Of a DNA stretch of 64,000 bases, positions 39,036-48,099 are shown piece by piece. Position 1 is the stretch's first letter. Each line of letters opens with the position of its first letter. The DNA lies in contig CAZBMQ010000001.1 in assembly GCA_964493485.1 (NCBI GenBank), forward strand, positions 43,616 to 107,615, read 5' to 3'. Below the pieces are notes generated by a model. It saw nothing but the letters and a program-made list of their open reading frames with translations. It did no database searches and had not been told where the DNA came from. The position numbers and the translations under genes were made by a program. Source of the DNA: an uncultured Candidatus Saccharibacteria bacterium. GTDB taxonomy: Bacteria; Patescibacteriota; Minisyncoccia; Minisyncoccales; JANBVM01.

Positions 39036-39443
39036 TTAACCCTGCTTTAACCACTTTACTGCTTCTTCTTTTGAGCTAAATAATTTTATGTCTGATTTAA
39101 CTCCGCTTGCTGTTATTATAAATGAAGCTATGGTTCTTGCTATTATCCCTCCAAATACTGCCACCTTTTTAGGTGTCAATTCTTGAAACAACTCTTTCAC
39201 CCTACCTGCTATATCTTTTCTTAATTTAGAAGATAAAGGAATTAATCCGCTAGTAATATCTACCAAAACCAACAAATCTCCTGAAAATCTCCTTACTATT
39301 TCTCTCCCTTCTTTTATTAAATTGTCAATACTTTCCATATCTATATTTTTTATTAGTTTCACATTAGCTATCCCGTCTTGGTCTATCCAGATCTTCATTT
39401 CTTCCTTTGAACTTTCCCCAATTGTATTATCTTGGTCTGCCAT
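39036..39443 (-). CDS. SpoIIAA/STAS-like small protein, paralog 1
   Basis: Paralog of 57393-57785. C-terminal motif RTIA-x-FIITA...LFSSKE-x-A-x-x-WL. Confidence 0.55.
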   Translation of the reverse strand: MADQDNTIGESSKEEMKIWIDQDGIANVKLIKNIDMESIDNLIKEGREIVRRFSGDLLVLVDITSGLIPLSSKLRKDIAGRVKELFQELTPKKVAVFGGIIARTIASFIITASGVKSDIKLFSSKEEAVKWLKQG

Positions 39444-39476
39444 AGTTTTATTATAACATTTTTAGAAATTTATACA

Positions 39477-40244
39477 TCATCTTTTTTTCAAGAATACAGA
39501 CAAAAGAAAAAAGAAAGAATTTACTAGAATAATTAATGGCCCTGCAGAATATCCGGTTGATCTACTTATAAATATTCCAAAGATACAACTTACTGCACCT
39601 AATATCATTGCTCCATAAGAATATTGAAATAGGTTTTTGCTTAAATTTCTAGAAGCACATGCAGGAATAGCCACTAAAGCTGCTGTCAAAAGACCCCCTA
39701 CTATCTTTACGCCTAATACCACAATTATGGAAATACAAGCTAAATAAATAAAATTATATTTTCTTACATCTATTCCCTCTACCTTAGCTAAGTCTTCTGA
39801 GATGCTTAAAAAAATTATCTTGTTGTAAATTCTCTGAAGGATTAAAAAAATTATCAAAGATAATCCAACAGAAATAAAAGCCTCTAGAACCCCTACATTA
39901 GCAATATCACCTACCAAAGCTGTTTCTAAATCTTCAGAAGGAAGAATTAAAAAAGCCACAGCCACTCCAGTTGCAAACACCACAGCTGTAAGAGATTCTA
40001 CTGGTAAACGAGTTCTCATCTCAAAAAACCATATCAAAACAGCACCTAAAACCACAAAAGGTAAAGCTCCCAAAGAAACATCAAATCCATATATCAAAGC
40101 TAAAGCAATTCCCGGCAGAGTCAAATGTCCTAATGGTCCTGCAATCAAACCCATTTTCTTTGAAACCATCAAAGAGCCTAAATATCCTGCTGTTCCGCCA
40201 ATAAATATTCCTGTTATCAAACTAAATAAAAATTGATTATCCAT
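39477..40244 (-). CDS. ABC-3 family metal (Zn/Mn/Fe) transporter permease
   Basis: ~8 TM, ZnuB/MntB/TroD-like composition and size. Overlaps the ATPase gene. Confidence 0.8.
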   Translation of the reverse strand: MDNQFLFSLITGIFIGGTAGYLGSLMVSKKMGLIAGPLGHLTLPGIALALIYGFDVSLGALPFVVLGAVLIWFFEMRTRLPVESLTAVVFATGVAVAFLILPSEDLETALVGDIANVGVLEAFISVGLSLIIFLILQRIYNKIIFLSISEDLAKVEGIDVRKYNFIYLACISIIVVLGVKIVGGLLTAALVAIPACASRNLSKNLFQYSYGAMILGAVSCIFGIFISRSTGYSAGPLIILVNSFFFLLSVFLKKR

Positions 40245-40935
40245 GAAGATGTTGATAGAATTTTATTTCTCCTCCATAAAGCTGAACTAAGGTCTCCGGA
40301 GAAATAATTTCTCTCGGAGGTCCAAAGCATAAAGCTTTTTTATTAAGACACAATACTTTATCAGCTATCTTATATACAATATTTAAATCATGAGAAACCA
40401 AAAGCATTGTCATTTTCCTTTCTTTCTGAATTCTTCCTAAAAGATGGTAAATATTTTCCTGTCCTCCAATATCGATACCAAAAGTGGGTTCATCGAAAAG
40501 CAACACCTCTGGATTTTCGCATAAACCCCAAGCAACAAGGATTCTTTGAAACTGACCTGTAGAAAGAGTTGTTATTTTCTTTTTCAAAATGTCAGAGTGA
40601 AACATACCTACCGCCTTCAATATATTTAAAACCTCTTCATAATCTTTCTTTTTTAAATTAAAAAATTCCTTTATGGTCAAAGGAAAATCTTTTGCTAAAG
40701 GAAGATTTGTAGGAATATAACTTATTTTTAAACCCTTCCTCCAACTTATCTCTCCTTCATAGGGCAAAAGTCCCAACAAAGTCCTAAATAGAACAGTTTT
40801 TCCAGCACCGTTAGGCCCTAAGACAGTTAATGTTTCTCCCTCTTTTACTTTAAAACTTAAATCTTCAATAATTTTTTCTCCATTTAGCTTTACATTTAAA
40901 TTCTTCACTTCCAAAATATTGTTTTGCGTTTCCAT
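40237..40935 (-). CDS. Metal ABC transporter ATPase (ZnuC/TroB-like)
   Basis: Walker A GPNGAGKT, signature LSTGQFQR, Walker B LLFDEP. No substrate-binding protein gene is adjacent. Confidence 0.88.
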   Translation of the reverse strand: METQNNILEVKNLNVKLNGEKIIEDLSFKVKEGETLTVLGPNGAGKTVLFRTLLGLLPYEGEISWRKGLKISYIPTNLPLAKDFPLTIKEFFNLKKKDYEEVLNILKAVGMFHSDILKKKITTLSTGQFQRILVAWGLCENPEVLLFDEPTFGIDIGGQENIYHLLGRIQKERKMTMLLVSHDLNIVYKIADKVLCLNKKALCFGPPREIISPETLVQLYGGEIKFYQHLHG

Positions 40936-40993
40936 AATATTCCTATTCTATCACAAAAAATAAAATTAAAAAAAATTGTCTAATTTGTACATT

Positions 40994-41272
40994 CTATTTT
41001 CTGTGAATACGGATCGCTTTTCCTTCTATAAGAGCTTCGGCTATTTTTCTGCGAGCTGAGGCTAAAATCCTTCCAAGAGTACTTTGGGAAATTTTCATTT
41101 TTTTTGCTGCTTCTATCTGATCCAAATCTTTCAAATCACAAAGCCTTACTGCTTCTAACTCATCAACCCTTAAATCAACCTCTTCTAAATCAGAAAGAGG
41201 CACTGCTCTTGGCTTGAAATATGTCACATTAGGGTCAAATAAAATCCGTCTTGGTTTTATTGGTCTCACCAT
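40994..41272 (-). CDS. DUF134 (UPF0251) predicted DNA-binding protein
   Basis: MVRPIKPRR...YFKPRAVPL...LEAVRLCDLKDLDQIEAAKKMKISQSTLGRIL is a sigma-70 region-4-like HTH. Confidence 0.8.
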   Translation of the reverse strand: MVRPIKPRRILFDPNVTYFKPRAVPLSDLEEVDLRVDELEAVRLCDLKDLDQIEAAKKMKISQSTLGRILASARRKIAEALIEGKAIRIHRK

Positions 41273-41325
41273 AACACAATAATTAGGTGATAAGCTCTAA
41301 AGCTTACTCCTTGATATAATATATT

Positions 41326-42213
41326 TTACAAAATAAAAGTTAGTTTTTTAAAAATTTTAACAATTTCCTTTTTAGCTCTTAAATTAGTTTCCAAAATAGG
41401 AGTCAAATTGGCTACTGCCTTAAATATTCTTTTGTCGTAAGAAATACTTCCTAAAAACCTCTTGCCTGCCCATTTTTTTATTTCTTTTGCTATTTCTATA
41501 TTAATATCCCATTTATTTACAATAATCCTGTATGGAACCCTAAAATGATTTATTACCTCCAATACCCTCTTTAAATCAGAAAAACCAGAAACAGTAGGTT
41601 CTGTCACCAATACAGCAAAATTAGAATCCTGCAATGCCGCAATAACTGGACAACCTGTGCCGGGAGAAGAATCTAAAATCTGAATTTCAGCTTTATATCT
41701 ATCAGCTTCTTTTTTTATTTCTGTTATCACCTTACCTGAACCAGTCTCTCCAGGAAAAAGAATACCTGTTATTAAGGGAAACCCATATTTCGTAGCAACA
41801 ATAATCATTTCTCCATTTTGAACAGGCTTTAGCTTTACTGCTTTCTGAGGACAAACAATCTCACAAACCCCACATCCCTCACATAGGAAAGGATTTAAAA
41901 CAGGCTTCCCTTTTACTAACTCTATCGCTTTAAAACGACAATTTTTTATACATAAACCACAATTATTACATTTTCTCAAATCAATTTTTGGCTTTACAGA
42001 AGCAGTAATAGGGAGTTTTTTTAACATTCTCTCTCTTTTCTTCTCTATTGGTATACCAAGCCAGATTGCGAGATTTGGAGCATCAACATCACAATCAACA
42101 GCTGTTATCTTTTTCCTCTTCGCAAAAAGTAATGCGAAACTCGAAGCTATCATTGACTTTCCTACCCCTCCTTTACCAGATAGGATAACAATTTTTTTAA
42201 TCCTGCTTGCCAT
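41326..42213 (-). CDS. MinD/ParA-type P-loop ATPase with inserted 2x[4Fe-4S] ferredoxin motifs (copy 2)
   Basis: SGKGGVGKS, CNNCGLCIKNC and CEGCGVCEIVCP motifs. I place the start at MASRIKK (42213), which removes the overlap with the upstream gene. Confidence 0.8.
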   Translation of the reverse strand: MASRIKKIVILSGKGGVGKSMIASSFALLFAKRKKITAVDCDVDAPNLAIWLGIPIEKKRERMLKKLPITASVKPKIDLRKCNNCGLCIKNCRFKAIELVKGKPVLNPFLCEGCGVCEIVCPQKAVKLKPVQNGEMIIVATKYGFPLITGILFPGETGSGKVITEIKKEADRYKAEIQILDSSPGTGCPVIAALQDSNFAVLVTEPTVSGFSDLKRVLEVINHFRVPYRIIVNKWDINIEIAKEIKKWAGKRFLGSISYDKRIFKAVANLTPILETNLRAKKEIVKIFKKLTFIL

Positions 42214-42232
42214 TTTATACCTTTTAGGTTTC

Positions 42233-42748
42233 TTATTCAGGAAGAATACAAAGGGTGTTATTGAATCTATTAATATAGTTAAACAATCCAATAATTGACA
42301 CTATTTCTATTATCTCTTCTTCTGAAAAATCTTTTTTCAATTCTTCTAAAAGTTCGGGAGTACACACATGTGCTTTTAGCGTCACTTCTTTTACCAAAGT
42401 CAACACTTCCTTTTCATCTTGATTTGAACCTTCTCCGCTTCTCACCTGTTCTATCATCTCGTCTGAAGCTCCCAAAGATTTTAACATCTTTGTGGTCACA
42501 TCTACACAAAAAGGACATCTTAAAGAATTAGAAACCACAAATGCTATTTTCCACTTTAATAAAGGTTCTATTTTGCCTTCACCCATTATTACTTTAAAAA
42601 GCTCTGTAAATTCTTTTACTATTTTGGGGCTATGAGCCATTACTTTCACCCACTCAGGCACTTTTCCTGTTTGTTTTTCAAATTTCTCATAAACCTCACG
42701 AGCTATCTCATTTACCTCGTTTTTTTCTAATGAAGGAATTATCGCCAT
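42233..42748 (-). CDS. AhpD/carboxymuconolactone-decarboxylase-like protein
   Basis: CMD-like helical protein with a CPFC (CxxC) motif. Confidence 0.65.
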   Translation of the reverse strand: MAIIPSLEKNEVNEIAREVYEKFEKQTGKVPEWVKVMAHSPKIVKEFTELFKVIMGEGKIEPLLKWKIAFVVSNSLRCPFCVDVTTKMLKSLGASDEMIEQVRSGEGSNQDEKEVLTLVKEVTLKAHVCTPELLEELKKDFSEEEIIEIVSIIGLFNYINRFNNTLCILPE

Positions 42749-42765
42749 ATATTTAGTTTCTGAAT

Positions 42766-43599
42766 TTAGAATTTTTCTATATTTAATAAGCGACCTTTTG
42801 AATAGGATTCTGCCAATTCTCTTGAATAAGGAATCTCTTCTTCTATTTTTGTTTTAAATTTTCTAAGCACACTTATAACTTCTCTCTTATCTCCCAAGTC
42901 TGCTTGATTTAAAATTATCTTAGAGGGAATCTTCAGTTTTTCACACAACCTTAAAATCAAGCCCAAATCATGAGCTCCCATTGGAGTCGGCTCAGTTATA
43001 ATCATCGCTAAATCACAATTCAACAAAGCTGAAATTACAGGACAATGTGTGCCTGGTGCTGTATCAAATAGAATAATGTCAGCTTTTTGTTTTTTAGCAA
43101 AATCTAAAGCAAACTCTTTGGTTCTTAACACAATAGGACCTGTTTCTTCAATGCCAGGATTTGATAAGCCTGTAATCAACCAAAAATTATTTCTTACCTT
43201 ATTAACAAAAATCTGGCCTACTTTTTCCTTTTTCCTTTTTATCGCATTGTTTGGACAAACCATCCAACAAGCTCCACATGAAGAGCATAAATCTTTAATA
43301 AAAACAGGAAACTTTCCAGGAGCCTGGAAAATAGCATTGTTCTTGCAATTCCTTACGCACAATCCGCATTTCTTACATTTTGTCTTCAATAATTTAGGGT
43401 ATTCATTGTAAATATATTTTCTCGGTTTCTTTAGCCTCTCTCCAAGCAACAAATAATCATTTGGACATTCAACATCGCAATCGCATAAAATTATCCTTTT
43501 CTTTCTCTTTACAAACTGCTCTGCTTTCAACACAGCAACTGTTGATTTTCCTACACCTCCCTTACCTCCTGTGATTGCTATCTTTTTTAAATCCTTCAT
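42766..43599 (-). CDS. MinD/ParA-type P-loop ATPase with inserted 2x[4Fe-4S] ferredoxin motifs (copy 1)
   Basis: GGKGGVGKST, CKKCGLCVRNC and CSSCGACWMVCP motifs. Confidence 0.8.
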   Translation of the reverse strand: MKDLKKIAITGGKGGVGKSTVAVLKAEQFVKRKKRIILCDCDVECPNDYLLLGERLKKPRKYIYNEYPKLLKTKCKKCGLCVRNCKNNAIFQAPGKFPVFIKDLCSSCGACWMVCPNNAIKRKKEKVGQIFVNKVRNNFWLITGLSNPGIEETGPIVLRTKEFALDFAKKQKADIILFDTAPGTHCPVISALLNCDLAMIITEPTPMGAHDLGLILRLCEKLKIPSKIILNQADLGDKREVISVLRKFKTKIEEEIPYSRELAESYSKGRLLNIEKF

Positions 43600-43600
43600 T

Positions 43601-44845
43601 TTATTCTTTTTCTTTTGTAGGCTTGTCTAATTTTATTAATTTATTCCCAAAAAACTGTTTGATTACTTCTCCTACCTTATCTTGTTCTGCCTTATATACT
43701 TCTATTAGATTATTTTTCAAACTCTGAAAGGCTATCGGGCCAATCTCTTTTGTAATTAATATATCAGGCTCTTCTTTTGATAAATGCTCTGCCACAGCCA
43801 AACCTGCTCTTATTTCTTTGTTTTTGAAAGGATTTTCTTTAAATTCAAAAGACTGGATATTGTTTTTCTTAATTTTAACAAGAATAAAAGAATCTGCTCT
43901 TGCAAAACTATCGGATATTAAAGAATCAAGTCCGCTTTTTTGTTTTATTGGAACTACAATCATCTGCTCGAAAGATTTAAAAGGCTCAATATGAATAATA
44001 AAAGACTCAATCTGAGGAATCGCCTCTTTCACCTTCCTTTCTATCTGATCTGTTATATCATGGGCTCTTGCTACTTCAATAAATTTTTTAATTTTAATAT
44101 TCACTTCTCCAAAAATAAAAGGGCCTGATTTTCTCAGTTTTAATCCCGAAAAAGCCTTAATCTCTGAAATAGATTTCAAGACATCTGCAATTCTCTTTTC
44201 TATTTCTTCGCTCGGACTAACATCCATCAAAGAATAAATTGAGTCTTTAAAAGATTCAAGCCCTATCCTGAAAATAAGCAATGAAAACAAAATACCTATA
44301 ATCCCTTCTAATTTGGGAATATTCAAATAAGAAGAAAGAATTCCAACCACCACTAGAAAAGAAGAAACAATATGAGACTTTGCTTCTGTGCCATGTGCTA
44401 TCAAGCTTTGAGAATTTATCTCTCTACCAACTCTTACTTCATACTTTCCTACCAAATAGATTAAAAACGCGTCTAATATTGAAATAGCTATCGCAATAAA
44501 TGGAAGCTTTAAACTATACAAAACAGAAATTCTCTCACAGCTCTCTCTGGCAATCTCATAACCGGCATATAAAATCAAAACAGAAACCATCAAAGAGACA
44601 AGATTTTCTGCTTTATAAAATCCATAAGGAAATTGTTCTGTTGGTTTTCTTTGAGATATTTTAAAACCAAGCCATACAAAAAAAATAGAAAAAGCATCAC
44701 CAATACTATGAATAGCATCAGATAGAAGTGCTACACTTCCAGAAATAATACCTATCAACATCTTTAAACCCGCCAACAAAAAAACAACCATATTTACTTT
44801 TTTTGCTGTGGCTTCCCCTGTTTTTAAAATTTCTTCCTTTTTCAT
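43601..44845 (-). CDS. Cation diffusion facilitator (CDF) transporter fused to a C-terminal NifX/NifB-type cofactor-binding domain
   Basis: CDF TM core (LSDAIHSIGDAF, FPYGFYKAEN) plus a cytoplasmic CTD. Then ~110 aa (IVVPIKQKSGLDSLISDSFARADSFILVKI...ILITKEIGPIAFQSLKNNLIEVY) resembling the next gene. Confidence 0.7.
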   Translation of the reverse strand: MKKEEILKTGEATAKKVNMVVFLLAGLKMLIGIISGSVALLSDAIHSIGDAFSIFFVWLGFKISQRKPTEQFPYGFYKAENLVSLMVSVLILYAGYEIARESCERISVLYSLKLPFIAIAISILDAFLIYLVGKYEVRVGREINSQSLIAHGTEAKSHIVSSFLVVVGILSSYLNIPKLEGIIGILFSLLIFRIGLESFKDSIYSLMDVSPSEEIEKRIADVLKSISEIKAFSGLKLRKSGPFIFGEVNIKIKKFIEVARAHDITDQIERKVKEAIPQIESFIIHIEPFKSFEQMIVVPIKQKSGLDSLISDSFARADSFILVKIKKNNIQSFEFKENPFKNKEIRAGLAVAEHLSKEEPDILITKEIGPIAFQSLKNNLIEVYKAEQDKVGEVIKQFFGNKLIKLDKPTKEKE

Positions 44846-44865
44846 ATATTTACTTCTTTTTTTAT

Positions 44866-45291
44866 TTATCTTCCTCCTCTATGTCTGTGCCTATGTCTTC
44901 GTCTTTTTCCAAACCCAGAGCCAAAACCTCTTTGAAAATGTCCAGGAACACTTGGAATCTTAAGCTGGGTTAATTGATTTTTCTTCCACATTAAAAACAC
45001 CTGTTTTACTGTAAGATTAAACGGGGCAAAGAAAATCTTTACCCCGGCTGTGCTTAAAACATCGAAAGCATTGGGACCAATATTCCCTGTAATCAATACT
45101 CCTGCCTTTTTCGAAGCAATCTCTTGAGCAGCGGCGATTCCTGCTCCTCTCATAGCCCTTATTCCTGCATTCGGACATATATCTATTAAATCTCCATTTT
45201 CATCTAAAAAAAGAAAATAAGGAGCTCTTCCAAATCGAGGGCTGATAGGAGAATCCAGTGTTTTGCCTAAAGAAACTACACAAATATTCAT
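44866..45291 (-). CDS. NifX/NifB-C/NafY-type (dinitrogenase FeMo-cofactor-binding fold) small protein with His/Arg-rich tail
   Basis: SPRFGRAPYFLFLD...GVLITGNIGPNAFDVLSTAGVKIF, with tail KRRRHRHRHRGGR. Confidence 0.78.
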   Translation of the reverse strand: MNICVVSLGKTLDSPISPRFGRAPYFLFLDENGDLIDICPNAGIRAMRGAGIAAAQEIASKKAGVLITGNIGPNAFDVLSTAGVKIFFAPFNLTVKQVFLMWKKNQLTQLKIPSVPGHFQRGFGSGFGKRRRHRHRHRGGR

Positions 45292-45298
45292 ATTGTTT

Positions 45299-45676
45299 TT
45301 ATTTCTTTTTTTTCTCTAACCCTTTGAGTCTTTCTTCTATTGCTTTCATTTCTTCTCTTAAAACCTCAAGTTCATCTTTTAATATTTCTTTTTCTTCCTT
45401 TAATAACTCTTTCTCTTCTTTCGGAGTCAATTCTTCAACAGGATAGTCAAAATAAGGAAACATCCAAGCTGGAGGATATCCCCATCTTCGCCCCCATCCA
45501 AGACCCCATCCTCTGCCCCAACCTCTTCGCCAACCGAATCCTCGACCCCATCCTCTGCCCCATCCTCTGCCTATTGGGTTTAAATATCCAGGATACGGAT
45601 ATCCAGCACAATATCCCAATCTTCTCCCAGTACCAGGACCTAATCCCAAGGGACCTGTTTTATCTCCTAATGGCAT
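45299..45676 (-). CDS. DUF5320-family protein (Gly/Arg/Trp-rich N-half, coiled-coil C-half)
   Basis: MPLGDKTGPLGLGPGTGRRLGYCAGY, then (RGWG)n, then a LKEEKEILKDELEVLREEMKAIEERLKGLE coiled coil. ATG at 45676; the track ORF starts at an upstream TTG. Confidence 0.7.
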   Translation of the reverse strand: MPLGDKTGPLGLGPGTGRRLGYCAGYPYPGYLNPIGRGWGRGWGRGFGWRRGWGRGWGLGWGRRWGYPPAWMFPYFDYPVEELTPKEEKELLKEEKEILKDELEVLREEMKAIEERLKGLEKKKK

Positions 45677-45749
45677 ATTTTTCAAAAAAATAAATTATTT
45701 TAAGAAAAATCGACCTTTCTTCCGCTACATTATGAGTATATACCCATAA

Positions 45750-46943
45750 TTATTCCTTGTCAAGAGCTTTTCTCTCTCGAAGCCTCATTCCAAAAAGAAA
45801 ACGCATAATTCCTATTCTTTTAATAAATACCTCATAGATAAGAAATATTAAAATTAGAGAAAATATATCAATAAAGAAAAATTTAGCTAAAGCAGAAATA
45901 TTCCATTTTATCACATAAAATCCAACCCCAACTATTACTGTTTGATGCAATATAAAAAAGGGCAATACTGTTCCATTGAAATACTGTAATACTTTATTAT
46001 TAAAGCTCATAAATCTTTTTCCAAGATATAATACAGCCAATGTCCAAAACCAAATATTTATTCCTCGTAAACTCTCGAATATGTATTTTTTAACTATAAA
46101 ATCAAAAGAATATCTCTGTTTTGTGGCCAAAAATCCTATTTCTTTCCATCCAATCTTAAAAAGAATTAAGCTAAATACAACCGCTAAAATCAAAGAGGTT
46201 TTTCCATATTTTTCAATTGTTTCTTTAAATCTCTCATCTGAAAAAAGAAAAAATCCATATATAAAAATAGCAATATATAAAAATGGATTTTGAAAAAATG
46301 ACCATCCTTTTAGGGCTCGGGCTATCACCTCAATCACTGCCAAAGGAACTGCCAACAAAAATATACCAGCTGATGAATTACAAAAATCTGTTATTTTGGA
46401 AAGAATTTCTCTTCTTTGTTTAAAATAAATAAAAAACGGAAGAGTGATAAAGGAAAAAATAAATAAAATAGCCAGAAACCATAAATGAGCCAATTCAAAA
46501 CTTCCAGAATAGCTCCCCCCTAAAGGATATTCTCGATTAATATTAAAAAAATAATAAGAATAAAATTCTAAATAAGACTCCTGATATTCTGGAATACTTT
46601 TTAAAACAAAATAAAGTTGCGGAGGAACAATTATCAATACCCCGAAGATGAATGGAACTATAAGACGTTTGAATCTTTCTATTATATATTCTTTCTCTGT
46701 ACGATATCTCAAGGAAAAACAAGCTGCAGCACCAGCTATAAAAAAAAGAAAAGGAAGCTGCCATTGGTCAAGAAAAAAAATAAGGGTGTCACAAAAAGAA
46801 CATAGATTTTTACTCTTGATATAAAATGGAGCCACAGAATCAAAAATCCTAGCAGTATGAAAAAAAAGAAATAAAAATACAGTTAAAACCCTCAACCAAT
46901 CTAAATAATAAACTCTGTCTGGTTTATTTTTAGTTTTCTCCAT
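45750..46943 (-). CDS. Acyltransferase-3 family integral membrane protein
   Basis: ~10 TM with N-terminal YLDWLRVLTVFLFLFFHTARIF, typical of the family. Confidence 0.65.
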   Translation of the reverse strand: MEKTKNKPDRVYYLDWLRVLTVFLFLFFHTARIFDSVAPFYIKSKNLCSFCDTLIFFLDQWQLPFLFFIAGAAACFSLRYRTEKEYIIERFKRLIVPFIFGVLIIVPPQLYFVLKSIPEYQESYLEFYSYYFFNINREYPLGGSYSGSFELAHLWFLAILFIFSFITLPFFIYFKQRREILSKITDFCNSSAGIFLLAVPLAVIEVIARALKGWSFFQNPFLYIAIFIYGFFLFSDERFKETIEKYGKTSLILAVVFSLILFKIGWKEIGFLATKQRYSFDFIVKKYIFESLRGINIWFWTLAVLYLGKRFMSFNNKVLQYFNGTVLPFFILHQTVIVGVGFYVIKWNISALAKFFFIDIFSLILIFLIYEVFIKRIGIMRFLFGMRLRERKALDKE

Positions 46944-46968
46944 AATCTTTTATTTTATCAAAAATAAA

Positions 46969-48093
46969 TTAAATCTTAATTTCTTCTCTCACCCCTTCTA
47001 ATGATAGTTGTGTGTTAATAAAATAAACACCATTTTTTTGCCATTCTTTTTTTATTCTCTCTGCGTCTTGTTTGTTAAATACTATTGCTATCCCACAATC
47101 CCCTCCTCCAGCACCTGAAAGTTTTCCTGCTCCCCTGTTTCTATTCGCAATTTCGCTTAACTTTCTTAAAGTAGGAGTCTCTATATTAACATTAGATTTT
47201 TCCCCAAGCTCTCTCAAATAATATTCGTTTTCTCTTATCAGCTTCAAGATTTTTTCTTTATTATTTTTTTTCCAGTGTTTTAATAAATCTCTTACTAAAT
47301 TATTTATCTTTTTAATTATTTGTTTGTACTCCTTCTGATTTTTTACCTTCCATTTATTTAATTTCTTTACCATTTCTGCTGTAGAAGAAGATTTTCCTGT
47401 CCAGCCAACAAGTAAATGAAAATCTCTTGGAGTTTTCAATCTCTCAATATAAAAACCAGGCCACTTCATTTCGATTATTTTTTTTAGTCTCACTCTTTTC
47501 TTAATTCTATTAATCAGCCATTTTGAACTAAATCTTTTATAAACAAGTACTCCTCCAAATGTTGAAGCTGCAACATCAAAACCAGAACCTATTTTCCCTT
47601 GGACAAAAAAATGTGATATAGCTGCTAATTTAAATATTTTTTCTGATATCTTTTTCTCAATTTTCTTTCCATAAAATCTAAAAAGACCCGCAATAACAGC
47701 CACAGTAACAGCGGCAGAAGAACCAAAACCAATCGATTCTGTTTTCCCTCTTTTTTTTATAATTGTCTCTCCCCCCCATGTTTCTATCTCAAACGGCTGC
47801 GTAATCTCTAAATAATTTAAAACTGTCTCAATAGCGCGCCTTACAAAAGATACATACTTTTTCTCTTTTTTGGTTAATCTTTCTTTAAACCTAAGCTCCC
47901 CCTCTTGAAAATAAGCCTTAAGGTTTTTAATGCCAAAATCTCTAAGGGTAATGTGAATATATTTGTCTTTTGATTTTTTTATTTTCACAAATACCCTTTT
48001 TTCAAGAGCTGCCACAATCAAAGGATTACCTGTCTCTAGCACAGCCCATTCTCCTGCAATACAAATCTTTCCTGGAGCAGATATTTTTATCAT
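46969..48093 (-). CDS. mvaK2: Phosphomevalonate kinase (GHMP family, ERG8/MvaK2 type)
   Basis: ISAPGKICIAGEWAVLE, GFGSSAAVTVA and SGAGGGDCGIA motifs. Adjacent to mvaD. Confidence 0.7.
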   Translation of the reverse strand: MIKISAPGKICIAGEWAVLETGNPLIVAALEKRVFVKIKKSKDKYIHITLRDFGIKNLKAYFQEGELRFKERLTKKEKKYVSFVRRAIETVLNYLEITQPFEIETWGGETIIKKRGKTESIGFGSSAAVTVAVIAGLFRFYGKKIEKKISEKIFKLAAISHFFVQGKIGSGFDVAASTFGGVLVYKRFSSKWLINRIKKRVRLKKIIEMKWPGFYIERLKTPRDFHLLVGWTGKSSSTAEMVKKLNKWKVKNQKEYKQIIKKINNLVRDLLKHWKKNNKEKILKLIRENEYYLRELGEKSNVNIETPTLRKLSEIANRNRGAGKLSGAGGGDCGIAIVFNKQDAERIKKEWQKNGVYFINTQLSLEGVREEIKI

Positions 48094-48099
48094 ATAAGA

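Noticed and set aside
42214-42291. 26-codon N-terminal extension of the MinD/ferredoxin ATPase overlapping the AhpD-like gene.
   Set aside because: Homologs begin just before the GKGGVGKS P-loop. The ATG at 42213 (MASRIKK) removes a 59-nt overlap.
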